Part shown: piece after piece, positions 12,696 through 25,159 of the stretch
Layout: each line of letters begins with the position of its first letter
How positions within the stretch are numbered: the stretch's first letter is position 1
Assembly: GCA_030248215.1 (NCBI GenBank)
Contig: JASANG010000753.1
Coordinates: 372,001 to 436,000, forward strand
Origin: Enoplolaimus lenunculus
Taxonomy: Eukaryota
Reading direction: 5' to 3'
Length of the DNA stretch: 64,000 nucleotides
Program-made: the position numbers and the translations under genes
The notes under the pieces: model-generated
What the model was told of the DNA's origin: nothing
What the model saw: the letters and a program-made list of their open reading frames with translations, nothing else
Databases searched by the model: none

Positions 12696-14381
12696 GTAAG
12701 GTCAATATCTTACAATTTTTCACCTTTAGAAAATGGACACAATTATGGTGTACAGCAAAAATTGCGTTTCATAACCTTTGTCAGTCCGTCTCACTCCGTC
12801 AGAAATTTTTGGATCTGACAGAAATTGGTGATCGGAGTATATACAAAGCTGGTACAGAAACAAACATTTCCACTGAAATTCATGAGTAGAATGATGAAAA
12901 ATAGACACTTTTACAGGGTTTCGAATTAAACTTTATTCTGTTGGTGAACTGGTGTTTTTGCTCGCGATGCTGGTTCACAAACCTCTGTCTTGTAATCAGG
13001 TTTAAAGACAGCCAAAAACATATGATGATTATACTTGTGATGTAAAACTGGCTGTTCCGTGAATTAACTATGTGAAGTATTTCTGAAATCGTTTGGTTAT
13101 GGCAGAAAATAGTAAAAACAGAGGTTTTTGGATAGTTTCATGACGCTACTGTGTAGCATCTCAACATTTGGACAAAAACTGCGCTAAACAATGCGAAAAA
13201 CGGAATTTACGACAATTCTTTACGCACCAACCTGTTGCCCGACAGTGTCCTAAACCTAAAGAGCCTAAATGCTAAACATAATACTAATCATTATTCTATA
13301 ATACCTTAAAGCTTATGAAACACAATTTTTACTATATGCTATATATGTGTGTTAATTTTCTGAGCGGGGAAAATTCAACGAAAATCGGACGTTATCATTT
13401 TATCACAAAAAAATTTCTGATGAGGGCAGGAGCGCTCTCATGAATGCAGAAATTGATCAAATGACTGTCTCACGCATCGAATCAGCGTCCGGTGACATTT
13501 AACCGGTGAACTCCAAAAAACACTGAAAACAAACTAAATAATTATACGAACATCAATCTTGGTTTACCACACCGGCACTGGTCACCCATAGAAACTTATA
13601 TTTCGAGGGTGGGCATCGAATAATTTTGGGATCGTCGGACAATCCAGATTGGTCACTTTTAGACCCAGTCTATTTAAGGGAACACCAGCCAAATTTGAGG
13701 GGGAGGGGGCACGACCGCACAACCCCCTAACGCTCCCCGTTGGGACGCCCTTCCACGCCGTATATTGAACTGGGGGTAGAAACCCTTGTTGTAACAGTTA
13801 CAAGCTCGCAGCGCCCTTTCAAAAAATATGATAAGGCGTCGAAATAATATAAAAACTTGACTCAAAATGTAATATTTATGTTTTCAAAAATTATAACCTA
13901 AACATACTCTGACGTATCGCGAGAGAGAGACAGGGGGGACATGGTCCCGTACGCATCCCCGTTTTTAATCAATATTTGTCGGGGAGCCACACTGCGTTAT
14001 TGAATTACTTTTACCGTAATTTAAAAAAACCAAATTTTACCATCTTTTTCCCAAGCCTGTCCCTCACAAATTTTAATTCCCACGGTAGGCAACTGGTATC
14101 AGCAATTTGGTTGTTTGAAAAATGCCGCGAATGTGGGGGGACACAGAGGGCTGATCGGAGGGCTTTGCGAACATATGTTCGAGGTACACAACACCGTACA
14201 AGAAAAGGACTACAAAAGAGTCAAAAGCCATCTATTAAATACACCGACAAACGTTGTTTTAAATATATTGTCTTCACAGCATTTTGTTTGCAAAAATTCA
14301 ATAGAAATACAAAATTTCTTGATGTTCTGTACCGTAAAACAATAAATATCCGTAGTCTACAGACTCTATAAGCCATCTTTA

Positions 14382-14640
14382 GGCGCCGTTCACAATATAA
14401 AATTCGGCCGGACCACAAAATGTATCATTATTACCAAGCTTTATAACAGCCACTTGTTACCTTTACCTCAACACAAATTTGGGCGACAAAATGTGTCGTA
14501 GACTACGGATAACAGCCACTCTTCAACCATAGTTCAACGAAAATTTGAATTTTCGTTGAGGTACGGTTAAAGAGTCGCTGGTAGTCCTGGGTTATGACAC
14601 ATTTTGTGAAACGGCTAAATTTTATATTGTGAACGACACG
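14382..14640. mobile_element. PIF/Harbinger-like MITE (GCGCCGTTCACAATATAAAATT TIR)
   Basis: TIRs cgttcacaatataaaatt / aattttatattgtgaacg. A related copy at 27021-27305 is flanked by TAA/TAA, and there is a partial copy near 9008. Confidence 0.75.
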
Positions 14641-14774
14641 GTTTTTAAGTGATGTGGTTTGCCACGGCATTTCTCATCATTTCGGTAGCTTCGTTGCTGC
14701 AGTACCAAGAAGAAATGGCATGTTAGGGTCAATCAAGTAACGTATAACGTACGGCATTTACCTTTAACTCTTAA

Positions 14775-15037
14775 CCCTTTCACTTATAGAGTATACTATG
14801 AGCAACTAAGCACAGTAATGTACGAGCAATACACACACTGTGAGCAGTGTTTAACATTTATAACATATATGCGCAGTGCAAAATCTCCACAAGACGTGAG
14901 AGCCTACTCGGGCTCGCGCGTCAAGCTTGTATAGCTTAGTGGTCATCGTAAACGCCTCCCACCCGTGAGACTGGGGATCAAATCTTACCTTGAAATTACA
15001 TCTCATACGAAATTGAAAATATTCATGTGAGAAACGG
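14775..15037 (-). mobile_element. piggyBac-like MITE with tRNA-like internal segment
   Basis: TTAA|CCCTTT...GAGAAACGG|TTAA. It is the reverse complement of the family at 46149-46409. Confidence 0.85.
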
Positions 15038-15927
15038 TTAATATCGTGGCGTGTAAGAAACACAAGTGTCGTATAAACTTTGAAGGTTCTATTTCAGCTA
15101 AAAGAAAAGCATGCCTTCTCTATGATATCCCAAGATATTCAAGATTAATCACTGTAAACCGGTAGTTTATAAACTTTTAGTTCAACTGTTTCAAATAATA
15201 ATTTCCTGTATCAAACAGGTTCTGGGCAAAATTTCTATCGCTAAATCCAAAAAAGCCATGTCCTAGAGCCAAAGCATAAATCTAAAACTAAAGTCACTTT
15301 ATGCCCTATTCACACGTGCAAGTTTTTGCAGCGAGGACGCACAGCTACTACTTGCACGAATGCAGCTGCAAGTAAATTGCAAGGAAACACCACATACATT
15401 GTGGCTCGTGACATGAATTATATGAATAATTTGCAAACGACTGCAAGAAAAATTTGCACATGTGAATGCAGTTTAAAGCCAAAACATAACGGCTAAACGG
15501 TCTTGGCAAATGTAAAGAACATGGGCGGAACAGTATTATAAGCATATTTCTAAGCCTAAGCCTAAGCCTAAGCCTAAGCCTAAGCCTAAGCCTAAGCGTA
15601 AGAATGAGTTTATTCCTAAGCTTAAGCCTAAGCCTAAGCCAGGCAAAAAAAATTATTCCAAAGCTTAAGCTTAAGTCCCACAAAAAACTTTCCAATCTTG
15701 ATCTTTACATGGGTCGCGTCTTGAACAAAGTGTAACCAAACTGAATGGGGCGCTTAAACAGGGTCGGTAGATGAGAGGGGTTTATCGCTTGCCTAAATTT
15801 TCCGAGAGGTCGGAAAAAATGTACTATAGGTAAGGCTTTATATATTACCCTGCTGGATTTTAGAGTCAAACAAAAAATGTAACGACCTCGCGAGAAGAAA
15901 TACTGGCTACGCATTCAAGCTAATCTA

Positions 15928-16138
15928 CACTGCAAAAAATGGTGAGTCAAATTGACTCTCTCCAAAATAGTCTCTACGGGACTACACAAACTGAGTCAAA
16001 TTCGACTCCGCCAGAGTCAAACATGCGATTCAGTGAATTTAATTTGATTCTGGTGGAGTCGAATTTGACTCTCAGATTGTGTAGTCCCGTAGAGCCGATT
16101 TCGGAAAGAGTCAATTCGACTCAACATTTTTTGCCACG
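15928..16138. mobile_element. Fold-back (almost fully palindromic) CAC-type MITE
   Basis: Arms of about 90 bp pair with each other (ctctacgggactacaca / tgtgtagtcccgtagag; gagtcaaattcgactcc / ggagtcgaatttgactc). TA-flanked. Confidence 0.85.
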
Positions 16139-16859
16139 TATTAATATATTTTAAAATCCAAAAATCATATATTTTTGCTCAGCGTTACAGGCAAAAGTAT
16201 CTCAAAAATTTGATATTTAACCCAAAATAGCGGCCTGAAAATGACACAGATATTACAATTTTAACAGCATTTGTCTTTATAAAATAGCGTATTTTCGGTC
16301 AACGCATTTTACAGCCGAAAAGTGTCACAAAATTACGCGTAACCAACATTAAAATGTTTTTGGCAACAGATTTTAAATATTTGCCGTCCGATGATGAGAA
16401 AATGACGTTTGGACCAAAATTTTGATAAGAAATAGACGTAAAGGATTTGAAGAACATTTACTGCATAAAAGCAAATTGACATTTGAACTTTAGCTGCTAA
16501 CACAGGACCATATCCAGAGACGAGCCTAGGAGTGGCTCAACCCTCACCCTAAAAATTCTGGCACCCTAGAACAATTTGAACCTGGCTTTAGTAATGTTCG
16601 TTTGGCCGAATGTACCTGCTCCAATTGTTATCCCCTCTGGATTGTTGGCCTGCGGCCCTGTGGCAAAGCGGGGCAAGACTGATTAGATTGTCGAAGACTT
16701 TATTTAAATTTGTGACACTGATTATAACAAATTTGAACTTTGAGATTTTAAGTTTCATAACTTTTGCCAGCACGTGTGCCCGCACCCCCTCGTAAGAAAT
16801 TTCTGGATCCGGCGGTAGAACTCGCATCCTGTTATAGTTTATATAAATTGGCTGATAGA

Positions 16860-17208
16860 AGCTATTTTGACTTAGTAGGTTTAGGCTTAGGAATATGCTC
16901 ATTCTTACGATTAGGCTTAGGCTTAAGCTTAGGCTTAGGAATATGCTCATTCTTACGATTAGGCTTAGGCTTAAGCTTAGGCTTAGGAATATGCTCATTC
17001 TTACGATTAGGCTTAAGCTTAGGCTTAGGAATATGTTCATTCTTACGATTAGGCTTAGGCTTAAGCTTAAGCTTAGGAATATGCTCATTCTTACGATTAG
17101 GCTTAGGTTTAGGCTTAGGCTTTGGAATAAGCTCATTCTTACGCTTACGCTTAGGTTAGGCTTAGGAATATGCTTGTACTACTGTTACGGTCCTGTTCCT
17201 TAGATTGG
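16860..17208 (+). repeat. Expanded TTAGGC-MITE interior with 36-42-bp tandem units
   Basis: Repeated ggaatatgctcattcttacgattaggcttaggcttaagctta. Confidence 0.9.
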
Positions 17209-19380
17209 ATGAAGCTGCAAACATTTGAAATATTCCAAGCTGCGGCTTTCCACTCGAACACCGTTTTTAGACCAATTTTTGAACTTGATTTTACGGAAAA
17301 ATATCATCAAATCTGTTCAATACAGCGAAAAGGATCCAAAATCAATTGTGTATACATATTTAGCAAAATTCCTAAGAATGAGCTTATAATTAAGCCTAAG
17401 CCTAAAAGCAAACAAAATTAGGTTAAATCTTAAGCTTTTGACTCTATTGCAGTCTCGAAGAGAAACGCTCCGCTCCTGATCTTTACACGAGAGACAAAAC
17501 ATTAAAAATGAGTAATTTAGCGAAAAGAATTGAAAAAACTCAAAAGATCACATTTATACAATTTCTAGCATCTGGAGCCAGGTTTTAGAACTTTTCTTAA
17601 AAAATAAATAAAAATATTTGAAAGTTTCACGTATTTTCTTGAACATTTGAACACTTAAATTCTGTAGACTTTGGCTCATTTTTAGGCTAAATTTTGCCAT
17701 TTGACATTTTGACTCGACAGCGACGCTGTGGTACCAGTAAACATCGCTGTGATTCCTTGACATTTTGAAATATGCTAGGAATTATGGCGAACGTATAGAA
17801 CAGTGCAACGCATATCCCTAAGCCTAAGACTAAGCGTAAGAATCAGCTTATACCTAAGCCTAAGCCTAAAAAAATTTGTCTAAAGCTTAAGCTTACTCTA
17901 TACCAGTCCTACGGAATAACGTTTCGCCTCTGATTTTTACATGGGTGAAATATTGAAATTTTTTTAAAATCAAAGGTCTTCCCAACGAGATTGCGTTTGT
18001 GAGATTCAAAATGTTTTTAAGCAGGAAAAAATCTAAAGTCTGTTGACGGTACAACAACAACCCTGGCTTAGAGTTGACGCTGAAGTATGAAATTCTTACC
18101 ATTGACCGGTGCTTTGCAAAAAATCCTGAGCCAAATAACTTACCTACTGGACTGACCCGAGATCCTATTAACATCCATATTTTTTAAATTTTGCCCGTAG
18201 CCGGCTCAACGTACCAGGAGGAACCTAAAGCACTTTGAAAAAGAGTTGATTTCACCAAGACTCTACAAGTGAAACTGAAACTTTTACAGAAAAAATTTCT
18301 GGACGCTATTAAAGTCCAGCAATGGACGCCTCTTGCTAAGGCGGCCCATGTAAAGATCAGAGGCGGAACGTTTTTCTGCGAGACTACCATAGAGTTAGCT
18401 TAAGCTTTGGACTAAAATTTCCGCTTAGGCTAAGGCTTAGACTGTGCCTGAAACCTGTTCACCCTGGGGACAATTTGAATTTAGCCGGCCTCAGGACGTC
18501 ACGTTTGACTTGAGCCCAAGACCCAAATTTAAAATAAACGGCAGAGCGGTTTCTTATTAGCCCTCGGTCCGGTAACAGGCCTCTGAACAGCCCAAGAATC
18601 GGGCGATAATTTGGTTTAGGAAAAGCTAAAGTTGAACCCGCCGCCGTATGGGTTGAACTTTGACCAAACTATACTTAGAAACAACCATACACTGAAATCC
18701 GGTAGTATAAAGAAAAGCTCGTTAGCTTAATAATACGACAGTCGAAAACTGACGATACAAGCTTTGTATAAAAAGTCATTCCTAAAGAACGAAATAACTT
18801 TCTAAATCGCCCTGGGCCAATGTAAAGAACACAGGCGGAACAGTATTCAAAGCATATTCCTAAGCCTAAGCCTAAACGTAAACCTAAGCCAAGTAAAAAA
18901 TTCAGTCTAAAGCTTAAGGTTACACTTTTCTAGTCCTACAGAAAAACGTTCCGCCCCTGATTTTTAATACATTCGCCCAACAGTGTAAGTCAGGGGCGTG
19001 CGCAAAAAATTAGATTTGGGGGCGGGCGCCGAATAATTTGGGGGCACCCATGCTTTACAATTGCCATTCAAGATTATTTACTTTTAGACCGTGTCTATTT
19101 GGGGTGCACTTGCCAAATTTGGGGGTCACGGCTTTCCAAACGTCCGCCCCGGTGGAACGCCCTTGAGTGTGGCTTAGACTCAACTTGAACCGATTTAGAG
19201 TCTGCCTAGACATCATCATAGGCATCTATAGAGCCGTCATTCTAAGTTTACAACCGAATGGACGATGTTATTTTTGGCGTTCTGGCAAACGAATCCTTGT
19301 ACATTTTGCTTTAAAAAGTATTTTTCATGTCTGAAGCAAAAATTGTTCCGAACACAAAGGAACGTCTGCATTCTTACACC

Positions 19381-19622
19381 GGCCCAGGTTACTATAAAGG
19401 CCGTTCCAATTTCCCGGGACACAAATATACCCATCTGTCCCATCTGTCCCAACTGTTCCAACTGTCCCAAGTGTCCCAAGTGTCCCAGCTGTCCATCTGT
19501 CCCAACTGCCCCAATGTTTCATCTGTCCCAACTGTCCTGTTGTCCCAATTATATTTTTTGAATGTAGTCCTGGTACATTTCTGTCCCGGGAAAATGGGAC
19601 GGCCTTTAAAGTAACATTGGCC
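19381..19622. mobile_element. Merlin-like MITE, subfamily M3 (TGTCCCAAC-type cargo)
   Basis: About 45-bp imperfect TIRs GGCCCAGGTTACTATAAAGGCCGTTCC... / ...GGACGGCCTTTAAAGTAACATTGGCC. Flanks cttacacc/cttgcacc (7/8). Internal 9-bp tandem (c/a)tgtccca(a/t). Confidence 0.85.
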
Positions 19623-19669
19623 CTTGCACCAGTACTTTTGGAACCAGATTCAATCATTGAAGCTGTGTC

Positions 19670-20400
19670 GTGCCATATTAACCCCTGCCATATTTCGCCC
19701 CCTGCCATGGTTTTTTCCTGCCATATTTTCCTCTGTCATATTTTGCTCAGCCTCATTTTGTCCCCTGCCATAATTTCCCCAAGCCATAGTTTTTTCCGTG
19801 CCGTGTTTTCTCACCTGCCATGTTTTCTCTCCTGCCATATCTTCATCCAGCCATAGTTTTCCCCGTTTTGTATTTTCTCTCCTGCCGTATTTTCTCTCCT
19901 ACCATATTTTCATCCAGCCATAGTTTTTCGAGTTTTGTATTTTCTCTCCTGCCGCACTTTATCTCCTGCCATATTTTCATCCAGCCATAGTTTTTCGAGT
20001 TTTGTATTTTCTCTCCTGCCGCATTTTATCTCCTGCCATATTTTCATCCAGCCATAGTTTTTCCCGTTTTGTATTTTCTCTCCTGCCGTATTTTCTCTCC
20101 TGCCTTATATTCATCCAGCCATAGTTTTCCCGTTTTGTATGTTCTCTCCTGCCGTATTTTCTCTCCTGCCATAGTTTCATCCATAGTTTTTCTCGTTTTG
20201 TATTTTCTTTCCTGCCATGTTTTCTCTCCCACCATATTTTCCTCCAGCCATTCTTTTCCCCATGTTGTATTTTCTCCCCTGCCATATTTTTCTCTGCCAT
20301 ATAATTTCCCACTTCCGAGGTGCGAAATATTTACCTTCAGCCATAATTTTTTCCTACCGTATATTTTTCGCATGCTATATTTTTATTCTTGCCATATTTT
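19670..20400. repeat. Minisatellite with about 17-bp monomers and an approximately 67-bp higher-order unit
   Basis: Recurrent ttttctctcctgcc(g/a)ta, ttttcatccagccatag and tttt(cga/ccc)gttttgta modules. Confidence 0.9.
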
Positions 20401-20742
20401 CCGTTCTTGCGGCATTTTTGGACCCTTAGCATTTGAAAAAATTCCGCATATTTACTAACCCTAGCACTTGACAAAATAAGCTTGTCTTGGGTGTTCCGTC
20501 GAATTTTTCATACAACTAACCAAGTCCACAAGGGCTTTTAGCATATATGTGAACGGGTATATTTTAAAGAATTTTCGAATTTACAAAAATTTTGAATATC
20601 CCGATGTGAAAAATGTCAGATACTGATCGTTTGTGTCAAAAGACTGATCAATAACTGCGTTCCGGGATGGCATCCGGTTCCAGGTCCTGTAGAAAATGGC
20701 TATCCGGCTCTGGTTTGTGTACCAGTGTCTCTTTGAACCTCC

Positions 20743-20955
20743 GGCCCATGTAAAGATGAAGTGCGGAACTTCTGTGGGACTGCAATAGAGTAAGCTTAAA
20801 CTTTATGACTATTTTTTGCTTGGTTTAGGTTTAGGCTTAAGCGTATGCTTAGGAATATGCTCATTCTATACGCTTAGGCATAGGCTTAGGTTTAGGCTTA
20901 ATAGGCTTAGGAATGTGCTTATAATACTGTTCCGCGCCTGTTCTTTACATTGGCC
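20743..20955 (+). mobile_element. Merlin-like TTAGGC MITE M1
   Basis: GGCCCATGTAAAGA...TCTTTACATTGGCC. Flanks gaacctcc/gaacatcc (7/8). Confidence 0.9.
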
Positions 20956-21331
20956 GAACATCCCAACCGGCCACCGAAGAGTAGATAGACTTCAAATCGT
21001 ATAACCAATCCCGTGACTCTGACAGTTGTCACAGTTTTATAAGTATTTATACTTTAATATTTTCATTTATAATATTTTTTCTGTGTCTTCCGTGTTTCGC
21101 CTGTCGCAAACGAAAACACTCAAAGTCAGTTTTCAGTTGCAAATCACCAAAGTTCACGTTTGTTTCTGTAATGCAGTTTTTTAATATTTGTAATTTTTTG
21201 AAAAATCACAAAAATGTTTTTTTTACTTAAAATTTCATTAATTTTTCAATCCGACCATTTTAAGACATAACAGAAGCGCATCGCATCAAAATGTAGGAAA
21301 TCACTTGGATGGGCATTTGTTTAGTTTTCTT

Positions 21332-21741
21332 TGCCAATGCAAAAAACATGCGCGGAACAGTATTAAAAGCATATTGCTAAGTGTAAGCCTAAGCCTAAGC
21401 CTAAGCGTAATAATGAGCATATTCCTAAGCCTAACCTAAGCCTAAGCGTAGTAATGAGCATATTCCTAAGCCTAAGCGTAATAATGAGCATTTTCCTAAG
21501 CCTAAGCTTAAGCCTAACCTAAGCCTAAGCGTAATAATGAGCATATTTCTAAGCCTTAGCCTAAGCCTAAGCGTAATAATGAGCATATTTCTAAGCCTAA
21601 GCCTAAGCCTAAGCGTAATAATGAGCATATTCTTAGGCCTAAGCCTGAGCCTAAGCCAAGCAAAAAATTAGTCTGAAAGCTTAAGCTTACTCTTTTCTAG
21701 TCCCACAGAAAAACGTTCCGCCCCTGATCTTCGCATGGGCC
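21332..21741 (-). mobile_element. Merlin-like TTAGGC MITE M1 with expanded interior
   Basis: Repeated cctaagcgtaataatgagcatatt units between degenerate TIRs. Confidence 0.85.
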
Positions 21742-22909
21742 GTTTTTCTCTGCACCAGTGTTAATTTGATAGAAGGCAAAATGTTCTGTGCTGTCCACAC
21801 TACTGTTTGTAATTTTCCTAAGCCTATGCGGTTTTTCTGCGAGACTGCAATAGAGTAAAAAGCTTTAGATTAATTGGTTTGTTTGGGCTCAAACATAGGC
21901 TTAGGTTAGGCTTTTCTTGAGCCTGAGCCTACGCCTAAGTTTTGAAACAAGTGTATTTCTAAGCCTGAGCAGAAAATGTAGTCTAGAATCAATAGCCTAC
22001 TATTTTATGGATTGACCAGAAACTGGGACGGCCCTAAAAGCAACGTGGGCCCACACACCCAAGTTCGACATAACTCTCTAAAAACTTAAACTAACTCGAG
22101 TTAAGCTTAAGCTAATCTAGCAGTATTAAACTAACTTTCTAGATTAACTAAACTGGTAGGTTACTTTTAAACACATTTGAAATCTGACATATTTTTAGTT
22201 AAGAATAAGTTTAATGAATTCTATAAACTACATCGATTCTGAGGAACACTAATATCTCAAACCAAAAATAAGTTTAGCTTAAAGTCACCATAGACTTAAA
22301 AATTTGGTAGTTTAAATTAAACATACAATTCTAGTTTAGTTGGTCCGTCCAGCCATTTAAGTTTTACTTAAACTCATATTCAACTTCAGTTAAGCTGTAA
22401 CTTAAGCGCAAGTTTCTAGAAAATTTTACAAGCATGGTTAAAAAAATTTTCTGGGGTGGCGCAAAATTTTTACAGGGGGAACTGACCTCCCCTGGCCCCC
22501 TTCTGGCTACATGTCGGTGCGGGACAAAGAAAGTGAAAATTGTGACATGGTGTCCGCAAGTTAATGTGAAAGATACGTAAAATGTCCCATTTGTAAACTT
22601 TTACGTTCCAATGTATACAACAGGGCTGTAACAGTCGCATAAGCATATTCGTAAGCCTAAGCCTAAACAAAAAACGAAGTCCAAACGATAAGCGTATTGT
22701 ATTGTGCAGTCCCGTAGAAAAACGTTCCGACCTTGATCTTCGTATATGGACTAGTTTATGTTGAACTCATTTTCAGCGTAAGTTTACAATTCCGACAAAA
22801 ATTGCCATGGTCCAACAATGAACATTTCCTTCAATGACGCAATTTTTGAACCGTAAGACTTACCTTATTTTGCTCATCGTTGCCGAGTCGGCTCATCAGA
22901 GTTTCGCAG

Positions 22910-23218
22910 CACAAAAACGAACTCTTCCAACTGGCGATGGGATTGGTATTTTGCGTGGAATTTTGGGTTTAGTCAAAAATCTACGTCAATCAAACTTATT
23001 TCAACTCAACCCCGGTGGTGCAAATCGAACGAGACTGTTCGGAAATGACAACAGACGGTCTCGCATTAACGAAAAGTATACGGTGAGGTATTTGACAGAG
23101 GGGTTGGCGACTGGCGAACGCGTCGGACGACTTACGCTTCGTGCTGTGGGACGAAACGCGAAGATGGAAACGTTTGACGATAGCGCAAGTGGATCGCTGG
23201 ATGAAGTCGATAAGCCAA
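22910..23218 (+). CDS. Candidate exon (QKRTLPTGDGIGILRGILGLVKNLRQ...DEVDKP), gene assignment unresolved
   Basis: tttcgcag| acceptor and CCA A|gttagt donor. The phase 1 end matches an acceptor at 23612 leading into ORF 23615. The in-frame ATG at 22834 followed by a hydrophobic stretch is an alternative start. Confidence 0.55.
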
Positions 23219-23228
23219 GTTAGTTTAA

Positions 23229-23478
23229 CCCTTTCTCACATGATTATTTTCTATTTTGTAAAATGTCTAATTTCAAGCCGGGATTTGAATCGTACGCTCA
23301 CGGGTGAGAGGCGTGTACAATAACCAATCAGCTATATAGGAGCTTGACGCGCGAACCCGAGAAAGTTGTCACGTCTTGTGGAGATTTTGTACAACGCATA
23401 CATAGAGCAATTGTTAAACACTGCGCATTGTGTATTGCAATTTGTTCTTACATAGTATACTCGGATACGAGAAGAAGG
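23229..23478 (+). mobile_element. piggyBac-like MITE with tRNA-like segment
   Basis: TTAA|CCCTTTCTCACATG start. It is homologous to 46149-46409 and inserted 10 nt after a candidate donor. Confidence 0.8.
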
Positions 23479-23612
23479 TAAATTTAACTGTACATGTAAT
23501 AATATTCTATTATTAATATTAATTTTACACTTTTTTCAAATTTCATGTTGCCTACTCAATCATGTCAATACGGGCCGCGGTACGCGTCGACGCTCACGTC
23601 ATTTAAAACCAG

Positions 23613-24041
23613 AATTGCTCAAATCACAACTGCAAGAATGCAACAACGACGTCTTGCAACTGCAAATTGATCCACGAACCGGTTGCGCTTACCGGCAACC
23701 AGTGTCCCACACCACTGTCGCTGACCTTTGGACCCGACAGATATCGACTGGATCCCAGCTAACAAAACGACGCCGAAAAAGTTCCCACGCCGGCGCCCCT
23801 TTGTCTCGATGGGGCATAGCTTGTGCGTCGGTACTTCAAAGACGTCAACGAAGAAATCAGCTGATTGATCGAAATATTAAATTGCTAAATGCAAAACGCG
23901 CTGCGTGCATAAAATTGCACAATTTAGTTATTCAAAAGTGCGATTTATGTGAACTGCATGTGCTTGTGTTTGATTCTATTGACAGAGGGCATCGACTAGT
24001 CGGGTGTACTGCAGAAAGCCTGGCTAAAAAAACTGCTGACA
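23613..24041 (+). CDS. Candidate exon (LLKSQLQECNNDVLQLQIDPRTGCAYRQP...), 3' boundary uncertain
   Basis: aaaaccag| acceptor in phase with the preceding exon and a long open frame. Several donors are possible (e.g. A|gtatgg at 24041). Confidence 0.4.
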
Positions 24042-25159
24042 GTATGGCAGTGCTTGAGTTGTGTTTAGCTCAACAAGCGAGTTATTTAAACGATGGACAA
24101 TGTTGAATGAGCGTTGAATTTTCAATTGACTCCGGAGTGCCGTCAGGAGTTCAATTCTCGAGTGTATGCAGTTACAAAAATTATCATAAAAACATTGTTT
24201 TGGTTTCGTCGGCAAAGTGGCGGTATTACACTGTAAATTCCAATGAATTAATTAATCAACTCAGATGGAAAGTCCGTAGTTATTTTTGAGTGAATAACAG
24301 AGTTACCTTGACACTGCGCATTAATTTGGTTAAAAACTGAATTGCTTACAATTTTAAAATGTGTTTTGTACAATAAAACTTGAATCAGTAGAAATTGGTC
24401 AATTATTAGCTATGTATTTCTGACTGCGCTGTAAATCCCAATGAGTTAATTAATCAATTCAGCTTGCGAGTTGGTTATTTCTGAATTAAAATCAGTAAAA
24501 ATTAACTAAGTCTGAACTGAGTTGATTCTCATTTTGAGTTGAGTTGACTCTAGGTTTATACAAATGATGGCCAATGTAAAGAACCGGGGCGGAACAGTAT
24601 TATAAGCATATTCCTAATCCAAAGCCTAAGCCAAAGCCTACGCCTAAACCAAAGCGTAAGAATAAGCATATTCGTAAGCCTTTGCCTAAGTCGAAGCCAA
24701 GCCAAAAAATGAGTCTAAAGCTTAAGCTTACTCTATTGCAGTCCAACAGAAAAACGTTCCGCCTACGATCTTTACATCGGTCCAAACGATGAACATAGTA
24801 TGTTTCATGATTAAAAATTGAAAAGGTTATAAACTCAAATTTCGCAATTTCTTCTTAAAACCTTTGTTACACCAGTTAATCAATGTTTTTGACTCAATTT
24901 TTAAGCAGTAATCAGTAATGGTATCATGACATTTCGTCCACACAACTTGTCCAGTTCCATTTTTCAGCCAGACATCGCATAGACTCAACTATTTAACACC
25001 CACAATTGGGCTTGAGTTTACGAGGCCTCGGGGCAGTCGGGCGATAAGGTGTGATAGATACATTTGGAATTGTTCTCAAATCACAACCCCATTTTCACGC
25101 TTGGCTGTGAAGCGCCGACCGCTCCAGAACGGAAATACCCAACCTTAGGACGATAGTCT

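Noticed and set aside
18080..18170. Two 18-20-nt GT...AG segments on the minus strand suggesting ultra-short introns
   Set aside because: The spliced products hit stops quickly and show no recognisable protein. Likely chance.
19325..20458. Cluster of overlapping ORFs (CPICPNC..., QERKYGRREN...)
   Set aside because: They arise from the M3 9-bp tandem and the 17/67-bp minisatellite.
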